Source of the DNA: a virus
IMG/VR virus record: IMGVR_UViG_3300037086_000474
Coordinates: 32,001-96,000 of that record
Reading direction: 5' to 3' (one strand)
Length of the DNA: 64,000 nucleotides
The notes beneath the pieces were generated by a model. It had not been told where the DNA came from. It saw only the letters and a list, made by a program, of their open reading frames with translations, and searched no databases. Position 1 is the first letter of the stretch. Every line of letters starts with the position of its first letter. The position numbers were made by a program, and so were the translations under genes. Shown here piece after piece: positions 39,296-48,873 of this stretch.

Positions 39296-40141
39296 CTAGT
39301 AGGTGACTGAAAGAAAATTCATTGGATCAATTGGAATTTTGTCTTTTCTGATTTCATAGTGGAGATGGGGACCATTGGATTCTCCAGTCTCTCCAACTCG
39401 ACCAATCATATCACCTCGCTTAACACTGTCTCCTATATGACAATCAAATTCACTCAAATGAGCATAGTAGGTAACGAATCCATATTTATGAGTAACAATA
39501 ATCACTCTTCCATATATAGGATTATCTCTTTGTATTAAAGTGACAGTTCCTTCGGCGGTTACAAGAACTGGATCTCCGGTCTTACCTGCAATATCAATTC
39601 CAGCATGAAGACTGAGTTTTTTCTCATCAAATGGATCTGGTCTAAAGCCAAATCCTGATGTAATTTTTGGAACTCCATCGCTCTTTACGGGCCAAACGAA
39701 TGGAAAATTGTCGATAAACTCTTTACGAGCGCTCAGATACACCTTGACCTGCGAAAGGAGTTTCTGTTCCTCGTCTATGTTATAGACAAGATCTCTTAAT
39801 TGAAGTAGGACGTTTTCATCAGAGGGATTAATTGTTTGTGGGGAGGCTCCGCCCATGGGCGTTTTTCTATTGTAGATCAAATCTACGATGGATTTTATGG
39901 ATTCTTTGTATCGATTGCTTACTTTAAGCACGTCTGTGTATTGGTTTCTATAGTCGTCTCTTTGTTTCTCTAGTCCTTTGATTGTGGCTTCATAGCTTGT
40001 TTTGGAGGCCTCTATCCTTCGATCTGCTAACCATCGAGTTGCCAGTGTAAATCCTCCAAGGAGGATTACCACGACACCAAGAATTGTCAGAAAGAATATT
40101 CGAGGACGGACGCCTGCCTTTTGAGTAGGCCCTAGTTTCAT
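39296..40141 (-). CDS. Membrane-anchored M23 peptidoglycan endopeptidase
   Basis: TM + coiled coil; ITSGFGFR, HAGID, YAHL, GPHLHYE. Confidence 0.9.
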   Translation of the reverse strand: MKLGPTQKAGVRPRIFFLTILGVVVILLGGFTLATRWLADRRIEASKTSYEATIKGLEKQRDDYRNQYTDVLKVSNRYKESIKSIVDLIYNRKTPMGGASPQTINPSDENVLLQLRDLVYNIDEEQKLLSQVKVYLSARKEFIDNFPFVWPVKSDGVPKITSGFGFRPDPFDEKKLSLHAGIDIAGKTGDPVLVTAEGTVTLIQRDNPIYGRVIIVTHKYGFVTYYAHLSEFDCHIGDSVKRGDMIGRVGETGESNGPHLHYEIRKDKIPIDPMNFLSVTY

Positions 40142-40185
40142 TCATACCTCCGATATAGTTAAAATTATGCAGGTTTCATACTGGA

Positions 40186-40220
40186 TTATCTTTCCTTTTA
40201 TCAATCAAAACGAAAGATAA
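40186..40220. promoter_or_regulatory. Divergent pair of AAGATAA (late) promoters
   Basis: TTATCTT at 40186 facing M23 gene; AAGATAA at 40214 facing the 40248 operon. Confidence 0.7.
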
Positions 40221-40247
40221 TTCTAGAAACATCCAGGAGGCCCCGAA

Positions 40248-40427
40248 ATGAAATTTGTTGAGTATTTGGTGGAATTTGTAGTCCATATGCCTGGACATAA
40301 GAACTCGGTAGGAGAAGAAGCCCCATGGGTCATTAAGTCTCATACCACGGGCAAAATTTTGTCATCCCATAAGTCTCGTTCAGCTGCAAAGTCTCACCTC
40401 AGAGACATGCATTCCCATGGAGGCTAA
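40248..40427 (+). CDS. 59-aa protein with capsid-targeting-like leader (not in ORF track)
   Basis: RBS aggagg; MKFVEYLVEFVVHMPGHKNSVGEEAPWVIKSHTTGKILSSH. Confidence 0.7.
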   Translation: MKFVEYLVEFVVHMPGHKNSVGEEAPWVIKSHTTGKILSSHKSRSAAKSHLRDMHSHGG

Positions 40428-40429
40428 CA

Positions 40430-41224
40430 ATGCCTGGAGATTGGCGTCCACGACTACATGATATCCCCGATGAAAAAGCCCTGTTCAAGTTTTTTGAGAA
40501 AAACGCTCGGTATCGAGGAGATAATGGTTATTCTATAGCTGGGATCTATGGCGACGACACCGATATTTTGTTTAAAAAGCTTAAGAAGGCATGGAAGGCT
40601 GACGTCAAACAACACAAAGAAGAAATAGGTGAGAGTATTGGTCTCTTTGAGAAAAAGTGCTCAAAGAAAGACATGAAAAAACATAAATCCGAAAAGAAGG
40701 AGGACATTAACATGCCCAAAACATTAGAACAAATGATTAGAGAACAGCTTGTCAAAGAACAGGCTAAGAAACAGGCTAAGAAAGAACTAGGAAATGTTAC
40801 TCTGATGGCTAAGGACCAGAAATCGGTAGAAGGAAATTTGTCAGGAGTCGATAGCATAAAGCTCAAGAAAGACGACGAAAAAGAGCTAAAGATCAAGAAA
40901 ATCAGTAAAAAATCAAGCTCTGTATTTGCCGATAAGAAAATGAATACGGAGGGCATTCTAATGAAGTTTGTCAAAGCAATGGAAGAGGAAAGAGGTGTTT
41001 CAGAGCACCCCAAGGCTACTGCAAGAAAGAAGAAGAAAACCGAGGCTAGCCATGTTGGATCAAGCAAGGTTAAAGAAATTTACAAGACAGCCGAAAAACT
41101 GAAAGAGGCTCCAGGCGTAGATAACCCATGGGCCCTTGCTCATTGGCAGAAGGAAAGAAAGTTTGCTGGAGAAAGACAGCATGCTGCCGAAAAGGCCGCT
41201 AGATCAAGAAAACGAAACAAGTAA
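40430..41224 (+). CDS. Lys-rich probable internal head protein
   Basis: Highly basic; several [IL]xE sites; DNPWALA. Confidence 0.5.
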   Translation: MPGDWRPRLHDIPDEKALFKFFEKNARYRGDNGYSIAGIYGDDTDILFKKLKKAWKADVKQHKEEIGESIGLFEKKCSKKDMKKHKSEKKEDINMPKTLEQMIREQLVKEQAKKQAKKELGNVTLMAKDQKSVEGNLSGVDSIKLKKDDEKELKIKKISKKSSSVFADKKMNTEGILMKFVKAMEEERGVSEHPKATARKKKKTEASHVGSSKVKEIYKTAEKLKEAPGVDNPWALAHWQKERKFAGERQHAAEKAARSRKRNK

Positions 41225-41226
41225 CC

Positions 41227-41721
41227 ATGGAAGAAACCAATCTCGACAAAATTCTTATCGAAGAGCTGGCTCTCAATGAGTTTATGCCGGCTGAAACAGT
41301 CGGAGGGGCAATTGCTCAGTTGAGCATAGTGACTATCGGATTTTTGGCCATGTTTATCATTAGTGGAGCTCCTGAAGCTATTATTGATCGAGTAGTCACT
41401 GCCATCAAAAATAGAAAAATAACTTCACAAAGGATCGAACGGCTAGTTCGAGACATGAAGATTGTCGGATTGGATCCAAAAAAAATAACCGATCCAGCCC
41501 ACACTGCTATTTTTACCAAAGTTATCAAAAAGTTAATGAAGGCAGAATCAACTACAGAAACTGAGGCGGCCGAAAAAGAGCTGAAGCAAATGCTCTCAGA
41601 CTTTTGGCCATATCAGCGTGGTCAAATTAGAGATACCATGAATAAGATGTCAAAAGAAAATCAAATTTCTCTTGCCCATAAGATAAAGTACTTTTTTAGT
41701 TTTAAACAAGATGAAAATTAA
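41227..41721 (+). CDS. Hypothetical protein with acidic leader and hydrophobic segment
   Basis: ILIEELALNE leader, then hydrophobic helix. Confidence 0.5.
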   Translation: MEETNLDKILIEELALNEFMPAETVGGAIAQLSIVTIGFLAMFIISGAPEAIIDRVVTAIKNRKITSQRIERLVRDMKIVGLDPKKITDPAHTAIFTKVIKKLMKAESTTETEAAEKELKQMLSDFWPYQRGQIRDTMNKMSKENQISLAHKIKYFFSFKQDEN

Positions 41722-41751
41722 TCCTAGAGAGCAGCCATATTGGAGATTCAT

Positions 41752-42009
41752 ATGAAATTAGATGAGTTTGTAAAAAGGCTAGATAAAGAAATGCTTTCAA
41801 CCGCATATGGCACACAAAGAAGTATAAGAAATGTGTCTTCAGATATAGATTATGCTCTACAAAACAAAAAAGAGATAACTGGAGATGATATAAAAAAGAC
41901 TGCAGAAAAGTATGGACTTAAAGACATAGAACCAGAGCAAATAATCCAAATAGCTAAAGAGCTCAAACGAAGCAGATTGGCAAGACAACATGTCCAGGCA
42001 AAGGGCTAA
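41752..42009 (+). CDS. Hypothetical protein
   Basis: RBS ggag; MKLDEFVKRLDKE leader. Confidence 0.5.
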   Translation: MKLDEFVKRLDKEMLSTAYGTQRSIRNVSSDIDYALQNKKEITGDDIKKTAEKYGLKDIEPEQIIQIAKELKRSRLARQHVQAKG

Positions 42010-42015
42010 CCTTAA

Positions 42016-42333
42016 ATGAGATTTGACGAAGCGGTCAAAGAAAAATACCCACATCCCGGATTTCCAGAAACCACCAATACTGATAAAAGAATCAAAATAG
42101 TCTCATATAAAGATTTCCGTCCAAAAAAGCATATCAAAAGGAAGAGAAAACTGTTTCGACATATAAAAGCAGTCCTCTCTGTTCATGAAAGAGCGGAAGT
42201 TGAGAGAGAGCGCGCCAAGGCAAAGAGAGAGCATGCAGAAGAAAAAGCAAGAGAAAAATTTCACGAGAAGAAAAAACCAGTCAAGCATGTCCAGAAGCCT
42301 ATAAGGAAACCAGCGAAGAAGAAAAAGAAATGA
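42016..42333 (+). CDS. Very basic protein, possible DNA-condensing protein
   Basis: MRFDEAVKE leader; K/R/H-rich body. Confidence 0.5.
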   Translation: MRFDEAVKEKYPHPGFPETTNTDKRIKIVSYKDFRPKKHIKRKRKLFRHIKAVLSVHERAEVERERAKAKREHAEEKAREKFHEKKKPVKHVQKPIRKPAKKKKK

Positions 42334-42605
42334 CCGTTGCTCAACTCCTTAAAAAGGTTAGCAATGATTTTGCGGAAAAATATCTCTGGCAAAATTTAGT
42401 ATTTGAATTTGCACGTGGCCGGTGGGTATATATGGAAACAGATAATGAATTTCCTGGTCATACTCACACATGTGTTCAATGGCTTACCGATGACGATACC
42501 CCACATCGTTTCATTGATCAAGAACTCAGAAATGCAGCTATATTGGAAAGAGAGACGATCAATTGGATTTTTGATCCTGCAGATCTCTTTGGGATAGACA
42601 AATGA
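42330..42605 (+). CDS. Small protein with C-terminal motif
   Basis: ERETINWIFDP. Confidence 0.6.
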   Translation: MTVAQLLKKVSNDFAEKYLWQNLVFEFARGRWVYMETDNEFPGHTHTCVQWLTDDDTPHRFIDQELRNAAILERETINWIFDPADLFGIDK

Positions 42606-42952
42606 ACAGTTGGAACATAAAAGTTGGAGACATTTTTTACTATTTCTGGTTAGAGGCCCATGCTCTCACATTTATGAAAGTTGAGGCAATTAGACGTGAC
42701 CGTTTTAAGATTCTTGAAATTTATAGCACTAACAGAAGTTATACTGTTGATAGTGAAACCCGTCTTCGATTCAATCGTCTGTATAAGAATTTTAGTACCC
42801 CACTCAAAAAGGCCATAAAATACGGAGTTCAATATTCAATAGTTGAGTCCATTTTTGATGGTGGCGGTTATCACAACACCATTCGAGATTATGCCATTGG
42901 ATTTGATGGAGAGAGCAAAGTTGCCATAAAGGGTTGGGAGAAACATTTCTAA
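42602..42952 (+). CDS. Small protein with motif, paralog of 42952
   Basis: IKVGDIFYYF; QYSIVESIFDG. Confidence 0.6.
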   Translation: MNSWNIKVGDIFYYFWLEAHALTFMKVEAIRRDRFKILEIYSTNRSYTVDSETRLRFNRLYKNFSTPLKKAIKYGVQYSIVESIFDGGGYHNTIRDYAIGFDGESKVAIKGWEKHF

Positions 42953-43308
42953 TGAATAGGGATGAACTCAAGGTTGGACAATTGTACTATTACTTCAACT
43001 TTGAAACCACTAGTGCTGAGTTTTTGCAAGTAAGGGCTCTCCATATTCAAGACAGAAACTGTTTGTTTGAAACAATGGAAATCTATATCTCTAGATACAA
43101 AGATCTTGGACAAAGAATTTTGCCTGTCAGTAAGATATATAGAGGACATGCCGCAGCCCTAAAGAAAGTAGGCTCAGTTCCATACTTGGGGCGCTATGTA
43201 TTTCAATCAATTTTTGAAAATGGCAAGCACAATCAATTGGGAATGTATGTTGACGGTGAGGCACGCTGGGCCTACAATGTTTGGAAATCAGCTTATAGAA
43301 GGAAATAA
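42952..43308 (+). CDS. Small protein with motif, paralog of 42602
   Basis: LKVGQLYYYF; GRYVFQSIFEN. Confidence 0.6.
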   Translation: MNRDELKVGQLYYYFNFETTSAEFLQVRALHIQDRNCLFETMEIYISRYKDLGQRILPVSKIYRGHAAALKKVGSVPYLGRYVFQSIFENGKHNQLGMYVDGEARWAYNVWKSAYRRK

Positions 43309-43322
43309 CAAAGGAGCTTAAT

Positions 43323-44102
43323 ATGCCAGACTACGGACAATATGGAAAATATTTTTGGAACAATAAATACAAAATGAGCCCAGTCATCTATAGCGGAAGA
43401 GCTGAAAGAGGCAGGTCTACTAACATTAACGTCGATGTAAGGAACTTCATTGTTAACAATGACTATATCCTTCAACAAGTTGTCGCTAAATACGGACTCA
43501 AAAAAGACACTCCAAACAATACCGCATGGGCAGTTCAGCAATTTGTGGTCAAATTTCTCAGCTATATGGAAGACGATAAAGCCAATTTGGCTGAAGAATT
43601 TTGGCAGTTCCCATTTGAAGCAATTCAGTGGGGAGTTGGAGATTGTGAAGACGGAGCACTTTTGACTGCTTCTCTCATGATTAACGCTGGGATTGAATCC
43701 TGGAGAGTTAAGAGTGCCGCTGGATATGTACAGGAATCGGCGACCGCTCCTCAGGGTGGTCATTGTTATTGTCTCTTTTTGGCAGACAGACCAGAATCTG
43801 AAAGAAAATTGGAATGGGTCATTATGGATTGGTGTTATCTCGAAGATTCAAGGCTTCCACCGGAAAAGAAACCATTAGCAAAAGACGGTGGTCAGCAGAA
43901 TAACTACAAAGATACATGGTTCACTTTCAATGACCAATTTAGTTGGGCTGGTGGACCAATCAGCATGCAGGATAGCAGAGTTACTTCTGCCGTCGCCGCA
44001 GCTCAAGATAATCAATTGGCCGAGCAACTAACTAATGAGCTTCTTCCACAGATTTTCAACGAAATAGATAAAAAATATAAAAGAGGGCAAAGTATCTACT
44101 AA
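43323..44102 (+). CDS. Transglutaminase-like cysteine peptidase
   Basis: EFWQFPFE..GDCEDGA, GGHCY, WVIMD (Cys-His-Asp triad). Confidence 0.75.
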   Translation: MPDYGQYGKYFWNNKYKMSPVIYSGRAERGRSTNINVDVRNFIVNNDYILQQVVAKYGLKKDTPNNTAWAVQQFVVKFLSYMEDDKANLAEEFWQFPFEAIQWGVGDCEDGALLTASLMINAGIESWRVKSAAGYVQESATAPQGGHCYCLFLADRPESERKLEWVIMDWCYLEDSRLPPEKKPLAKDGGQQNNYKDTWFTFNDQFSWAGGPISMQDSRVTSAVAAAQDNQLAEQLTNELLPQIFNEIDKKYKRGQSIY

Positions 44103-44443
44103 TGATTGGCAAGAAAATTGGAGTCTTTTCAGATTTCTTTCACATAAGTCCTCCTCTCACCAAATGGATTGTCATGGCGGCACTACAAGATGAACAATTT
44201 GTTAAGGGAGGTGGCTATGGTGGAGACATCGACGATGATGGAATTGATTTTTACAAAAAGAAACTTGGTGATATGAACCACATCATAGTTACCATGGCGC
44301 GAGGCAAGCTTATTGTTCAACTTGGAATCAAAAAGCCATTGAATAATGCAAATCCTGAAGACCCAATCAAACATTTTATTAATACAAAAATTACTTATGC
44401 CATAGATATGTCAACTTTAGATGTCTATAATTCGCAATACTAG
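44102..44443 (+). CDS. Hypothetical protein
   Basis: Coupled to upstream gene. Confidence 0.5.
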   Translation: MIGKKIGVFSDFFHISPPLTKWIVMAALQDEQFVKGGGYGGDIDDDGIDFYKKKLGDMNHIIVTMARGKLIVQLGIKKPLNNANPEDPIKHFINTKITYAIDMSTLDVYNSQY

Positions 44444-44464
44444 AACGAGCATACTTTCATCTAT

Positions 44465-45073
44465 ATGACAGATGCCGTACTTGTGCTTGACATGGACTTT
44501 TTTACTAGACCCGTATATATTGGTAGTTTCTATGAAAAAAGAGAGTATTTGAATCCTCTAGATTTCAAAGGAACGGCTAAAAATTGGATGACGCTTGATG
44601 ATTTTTTGTACAAAATGAATTTCTTGTACAAAATCAGAGGAGCCTCTGTTGGAAGAGATCAAGAAACGATCTATTATCTTCAGAGAATGATTGATGTCCA
44701 TCACATACAACCAAAAAAATTCGAACTAATACTCATGGATGCTCACCATGATTCATATATGTGGAATGACAAAAGTCATTATGATCATTGTCCTATCACC
44801 GAATTTAGAGATTGGGATTGGGCACTAGGAACGTTTAGATTTGGATGGGTCGATCATATCACATGGGTCTATCCAGATTATTTAGAAAAACAAGAGCCTT
44901 TTCATCCTGCAGCTTTCAGTAAAATACATACAAGAATTACTCCTGTCAAATGGGCTGATTTCAAACCTAACGAATATGAATGGAAATATCTTAGCCTTGT
45001 CTTGAATAAAGACATGGCAGCGTACGATGATAAAATGTTGCAAGGCATATTAAAACACATTCAAGTATTTTGA
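44465..45073 (+). CDS. UPF0489/arginase-like metallohydrolase
   Basis: VLDMDFF, MDAHHD, ITWVYP. Confidence 0.55.
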   Translation: MTDAVLVLDMDFFTRPVYIGSFYEKREYLNPLDFKGTAKNWMTLDDFLYKMNFLYKIRGASVGRDQETIYYLQRMIDVHHIQPKKFELILMDAHHDSYMWNDKSHYDHCPITEFRDWDWALGTFRFGWVDHITWVYPDYLEKQEPFHPAAFSKIHTRITPVKWADFKPNEYEWKYLSLVLNKDMAAYDDKMLQGILKHIQVF

Positions 45074-45077
45074 AAGT

Positions 45078-45106
45078 AGGGCAACTGTAAAAAGTTGCCC
45101 TTTTTT
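45078..45106 (+). terminator. Rho-independent terminator
   Basis: agggcaact-gtaaaa-agttgccct plus T tract. Confidence 0.85.
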
Positions 45107-45122
45107 GTAAGATATATTTATA

Positions 45123-45416
45123 ATGAAAGCCTATCATCTCCAATGGAATTACGAGGATTCAGATGCCGATCCTCAAACCGGGGAACAAATACAAATACGG
45201 GTGCCAATTGATAGCTACGCCTTTGTTGAAGGAAATTATACTTTAGAATTCGACTTTAGCAACGGTGGAGAAAAAGTAATGATCTGGGCAAATAACTCAG
45301 AACAGGCCGATAAGATCATCAGAAATTTTGAAAAAATCAAAGGGGCTCTAATTGACGAAAACACTAAGCATTATTGTATTGAATGCCTCTTCGAGAGAGA
45401 TTACGAAATAAAATGA
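45123..45416 (+). CDS. Small protein with C-terminal motif
   Basis: KHYCIECLFER; AAGATA at 45109. Confidence 0.6.
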   Translation: MKAYHLQWNYEDSDADPQTGEQIQIRVPIDSYAFVEGNYTLEFDFSNGGEKVMIWANNSEQADKIIRNFEKIKGALIDENTKHYCIECLFERDYEIK

Positions 45417-48367
45417 CTAAACAAGATCTAGCTGAACAACAACTAAAAGAAAACTACAAGAAATATGGATTTGATCTTCCATGGGATAAGATTCGATGGG
45501 GAGGGGCTCTAATCGAAACTACTCTTAATGATGGAAGTGTGGAGATTGTAGACAGATTAGTTGAATTCACTCTTTGTTCTCTATATTCTTTCTATTACAT
45601 AGATAGATATTGCTGGACCGTTCCATCAAACGGTGGGCCAATACCACTCAAACTCTTTTATTTTCAAAAAGATGCTCTGGGGCTTTTTCAGAAATACAGC
45701 AAAGTCATATTCAGAAAGTGCCTGACCGAGGACAACTATATCCAAACAGACAGAGGATTGATTTCAATCAAGGAAGCCAAAGTTGGAGACAAGATCCTAA
45801 CTCTCAAGGACGGCGTTCCTTATTGGGATGAGATTGTTGATTTTTGGGAAAATGAAGAAAAACAGGAAGTCGTTAAAATTCATCAATACAATGGAAATAT
45901 GTTGGAATGCAGTTTAGATCATCCAACAATGACGACAGAAGGGTGGAAAGAGGCTAAGGATATAAAGAAAAATGACGAATTAATTTCTTTTTTTGAAAAA
46001 GAAACATTTGGAGATTTTGAACTTGAATCTGATGAATTAGCAAAACTCATTGGCTTTTACATAGCTGATGGCAAAGCAAGAAGAACCCATTTCACTAATA
46101 CAAACAAAAAGTACGCTAAAGAGGTATTTGAGGCTTCCAAGCTTTTCAAAGATATAAAACCGCGCATGGTAACTCATATAAACACTAATCCAAGACATAA
46201 AAAATATGGATATAGTGTTAGCATGTCTAATGGAGATCATTCTGGCAGCTACACATCTAGTTATCTCAGATTTGCTGATAGGTTTAATTTTGGTAAAATT
46301 GGAAGAGAGAGATTTCTTTCAGAAGAAACTATGAATCTGAATAAACGGCAAATGTCGATTCTTTTGAATCGATTATATGCTGGAGATGGATGGGCCACTA
46401 TTGGAAAACGTTCAAATAGTGCTGGTGCTCTTTTTGTTGATTTTGGTGTCGGAATAGGAATGCCCAACAAAAAATTCGCATATCAAGTGCAGAACATACT
46501 AAATACTAAATATGGCATAAAAACAGCTATCAAATATGAAGATAGATTTTGGAGAGTTCAAACAGTTGATAAGTATTCTGGTTTAAAGTTTGCTAAAGAG
46601 ATTGGCATCCAAGGTAAAATTAGTGATAGATTCATCAATAGGGCAGAGAAATCTATAAAATACATAGGAAAAAATCCAAATAAAGTTGGAAGAATAAAAA
46701 ACATAGGAAAAAAAACAACGTATGATATAACAACTAAGACTGGAACATTTTTGGCTAATGGAATTTTAGTTCACAACTGTCGCCAGGTTGGTGCCTCTGT
46801 TCTTTCTGGATGCTATGCTCTTTGGAGAGCCAATTTTCAATTGTCACAGAACATCAAAGTCATTTCTTTGAAGATTGATGATGCTCGCGAATTCAAAGAG
46901 AAGACAATTGATCTCAATTATCTCAACATGCCAGGATTTTTGAAAACTGTTGCAACCAGAGACGGAAATAACAGAACTACTCTGAAGCTCAAAAATGGCT
47001 CAATGATAAAGATTCTTCCAAAGTCTAAAAATGCAGGTCGTGGTGGTACTCCTTCACTCGTAATTATAGACGAGGCAGCATTTAATGAATGGATGGATCA
47101 TATTTGGAAATCCATTGAACCATCATTGGACAAGGGTGGAGACATCATTGTTATTTCGACGACCAATGGTGTTGGAAATTGGTACCATCTTACATATTCT
47201 AGAGCAGAGACTGGAGAGAATGAATTTTATCCAATTCATATTCCATGGTGGAAATATCCTGGAAGAGACAACCCATGGCTTCAAGATGTGCTCGATGGAA
47301 AAATACCAACAGACCAAATAGAAGATTTTGTTGCAGTTGAAGAATTAAAACAGCTCGCCTATGAAGGCGACCCAAGAAAAGCTCCATGGCTTTGGAAGAG
47401 ACGACATAATGCTAAGAACGAAAAAGACTTCCATCAAGAAATATTAGCAGAGTTTATTGGTTCTGGTGATACGGTCACGACTCCAAAAACAATCATGAGA
47501 TTAGAGGCCGAAAAAAGAGATCCAAGATGGGTTGATCGTATGCCGAATGGAGAGGGACCATATGCTGGACTTTGGTGCTGGGAAGACAGAAAAGAAGACC
47601 GTTATTACATGCTCACTGCTGATACAGCAACTGGTCATGGAAGAGATTTTTCCACCTTTCAAGTTATGGACATTTTCAACAGAGAGCAGGTTGCAGAATT
47701 TAGATATCAAATACCAACGGATAGTTTTGGAATGCTGATAAAGAAAATGGCTCGTTATTACAACAACGCCTTTGTGGTAGTTGAAACAAACCACCCTGGA
47801 CCAGCAACTTTTAATGAAGTCTATAAATCAAGAATAGATCCATACCCTAATGTATATGTGCAAAAAAGAGGCAAGGATTTGGCATCTTGGGAAACGACAT
47901 CAAAGACAAGAGTAAAGTTAATAGAGGCTTATTTTAGAGATTTGGAAAATGGATCCATTCATGTTTATTCAAGTCGACTTTTGGAAGAAATCAAGACATT
48001 TATTTGGTCAGATTCCGACAAACCAGAAGCTCTGACTGGATACAATGATGACTTGGTTATGTCTCTTGCTATGTTCTGTCATTTGAAAGACAAACAGCAA
48101 ACAGCAATGCCTCTTATTCTGAGCTCATCGTACAGTAAGGCTAGTGAATATTCTGAAACAATGCCAGATTTGAAATGGGCTGAAAGAGAGCGACAGATTA
48201 CTGAAATGTATGGAGTAAGTCTGGAAGATTGGTACTGGGTGAGTGGGAATAAGGCTCCAGATGAGTATTTAAAAATGAAGGAGCGGCAGGAGCAAGATAA
48301 AGAAGAGAGGCAAGTAGTTTTAGAAAAGCCTCCAGAGTGGTTGACTAAGATTGTAAAGGATAAATAA
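45413..48367 (+). CDS. terL: Terminase large subunit (T4 gp17-like) with intein
   Basis: LFYFQ, spliced Walker A IFRKCRQVGAS, Walker B VIIDEAAF, ISTTNG, nuclease TADTATG and NDDLVMS. Confidence 0.92.
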   Translation: MTKQDLAEQQLKENYKKYGFDLPWDKIRWGGALIETTLNDGSVEIVDRLVEFTLCSLYSFYYIDRYCWTVPSNGGPIPLKLFYFQKDALGLFQKYSKVIFRKCLTEDNYIQTDRGLISIKEAKVGDKILTLKDGVPYWDEIVDFWENEEKQEVVKIHQYNGNMLECSLDHPTMTTEGWKEAKDIKKNDELISFFEKETFGDFELESDELAKLIGFYIADGKARRTHFTNTNKKYAKEVFEASKLFKDIKPRMVTHINTNPRHKKYGYSVSMSNGDHSGSYTSSYLRFADRFNFGKIGRERFLSEETMNLNKRQMSILLNRLYAGDGWATIGKRSNSAGALFVDFGVGIGMPNKKFAYQVQNILNTKYGIKTAIKYEDRFWRVQTVDKYSGLKFAKEIGIQGKISDRFINRAEKSIKYIGKNPNKVGRIKNIGKKTTYDITTKTGTFLANGILVHNCRQVGASVLSGCYALWRANFQLSQNIKVISLKIDDAREFKEKTIDLNYLNMPGFLKTVATRDGNNRTTLKLKNGSMIKILPKSKNAGRGGTPSLVIIDEAAFNEWMDHIWKSIEPSLDKGGDIIVISTTNGVGNWYHLTYSRAETGENEFYPIHIPWWKYPGRDNPWLQDVLDGKIPTDQIEDFVAVEELKQLAYEGDPRKAPWLWKRRHNAKNEKDFHQEILAEFIGSGDTVTTPKTIMRLEAEKRDPRWVDRMPNGEGPYAGLWCWEDRKEDRYYMLTADTATGHGRDFSTFQVMDIFNREQVAEFRYQIPTDSFGMLIKKMARYYNNAFVVVETNHPGPATFNEVYKSRIDPYPNVYVQKRGKDLASWETTSKTRVKLIEAYFRDLENGSIHVYSSRLLEEIKTFIWSDSDKPEALTGYNDDLVMSLAMFCHLKDKQQTAMPLILSSSYSKASEYSETMPDLKWAERERQITEMYGVSLEDWYWVSGNKAPDEYLKMKERQEQDKEERQVVLEKPPEWLTKIVKDK
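45719..46777 (+). mobile_element. 353-aa intein with LAGLIDADG homing endonuclease
   Basis: Starts CLTEDN, block B CSLDHP, LIGFYIADG and LLNRLYAGDG, ends TYDITT..GILVHN, +1 residue Cys. Confidence 0.93.
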
Positions 48368-48679
48368 ATGAAATATGAGAAATTGGCCGAACAAGTTCAA
48401 GCAGCCCTCACGGCTCAAAGATTGACAAGAGCTGCCGGACGGGCATTTACTTATAAAGGTCCAGCAACTACTCGTGTCACTCGACAACAAAAGGTTAATC
48501 TCTATAAAGAAAAAGATCCAGCAAGCATCAAGGGAGCGCTTGAAAATGCTTTCGATATGATGATCGCTGCGGTCAATGGAACTCATATTCAACAATTTGC
48601 CATTTCAAAGATCAATACACTTCGAACTCAACTCTACAATAAAATTGAAAATGAAGAGCACATGAAGGAGCAGAAATGA
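48368..48679 (+). CDS. Hypothetical protein
   Basis: Directly after terL; MKYEKLAE leader. Confidence 0.5.
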   Translation: MKYEKLAEQVQAALTAQRLTRAAGRAFTYKGPATTRVTRQQKVNLYKEKDPASIKGALENAFDMMIAAVNGTHIQQFAISKINTLRTQLYNKIENEEHMKEQK

Positions 48680-48867
48680 TTTTCAATATAGCTCTTGAAA
48701 TGCTCAAAGTTCCTGACATTATCAATCGACCCACCAAAAGAATCTCACGGGCTTGGAACGCTGCTCAAGGCAAAAATGATGATTTGAAGAACAAAAAGCG
48801 TAAAAAGAAGAGCTCATCTGAAAAGCGACAAAAAGCTATTTTAGAGCCTAAGTTCAAGTATTTATAA
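48676..48867 (+). CDS. Small basic protein
   Basis: RBS aaggag, ATGA overlap. Confidence 0.45.
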   Translation: MIFNIALEMLKVPDIINRPTKRISRAWNAAQGKNDDLKNKKRKKKSSSEKRQKAILEPKFKYL

Positions 48868-48868
48868 T
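48840..48868 (+). promoter_or_regulatory. Sigma70-like promoter, leaderless
   Basis: TTTAGA-N17-TATAAT, ATG 5 nt downstream. Confidence 0.8.
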
Positions 48869-48873
48869 ACTAT

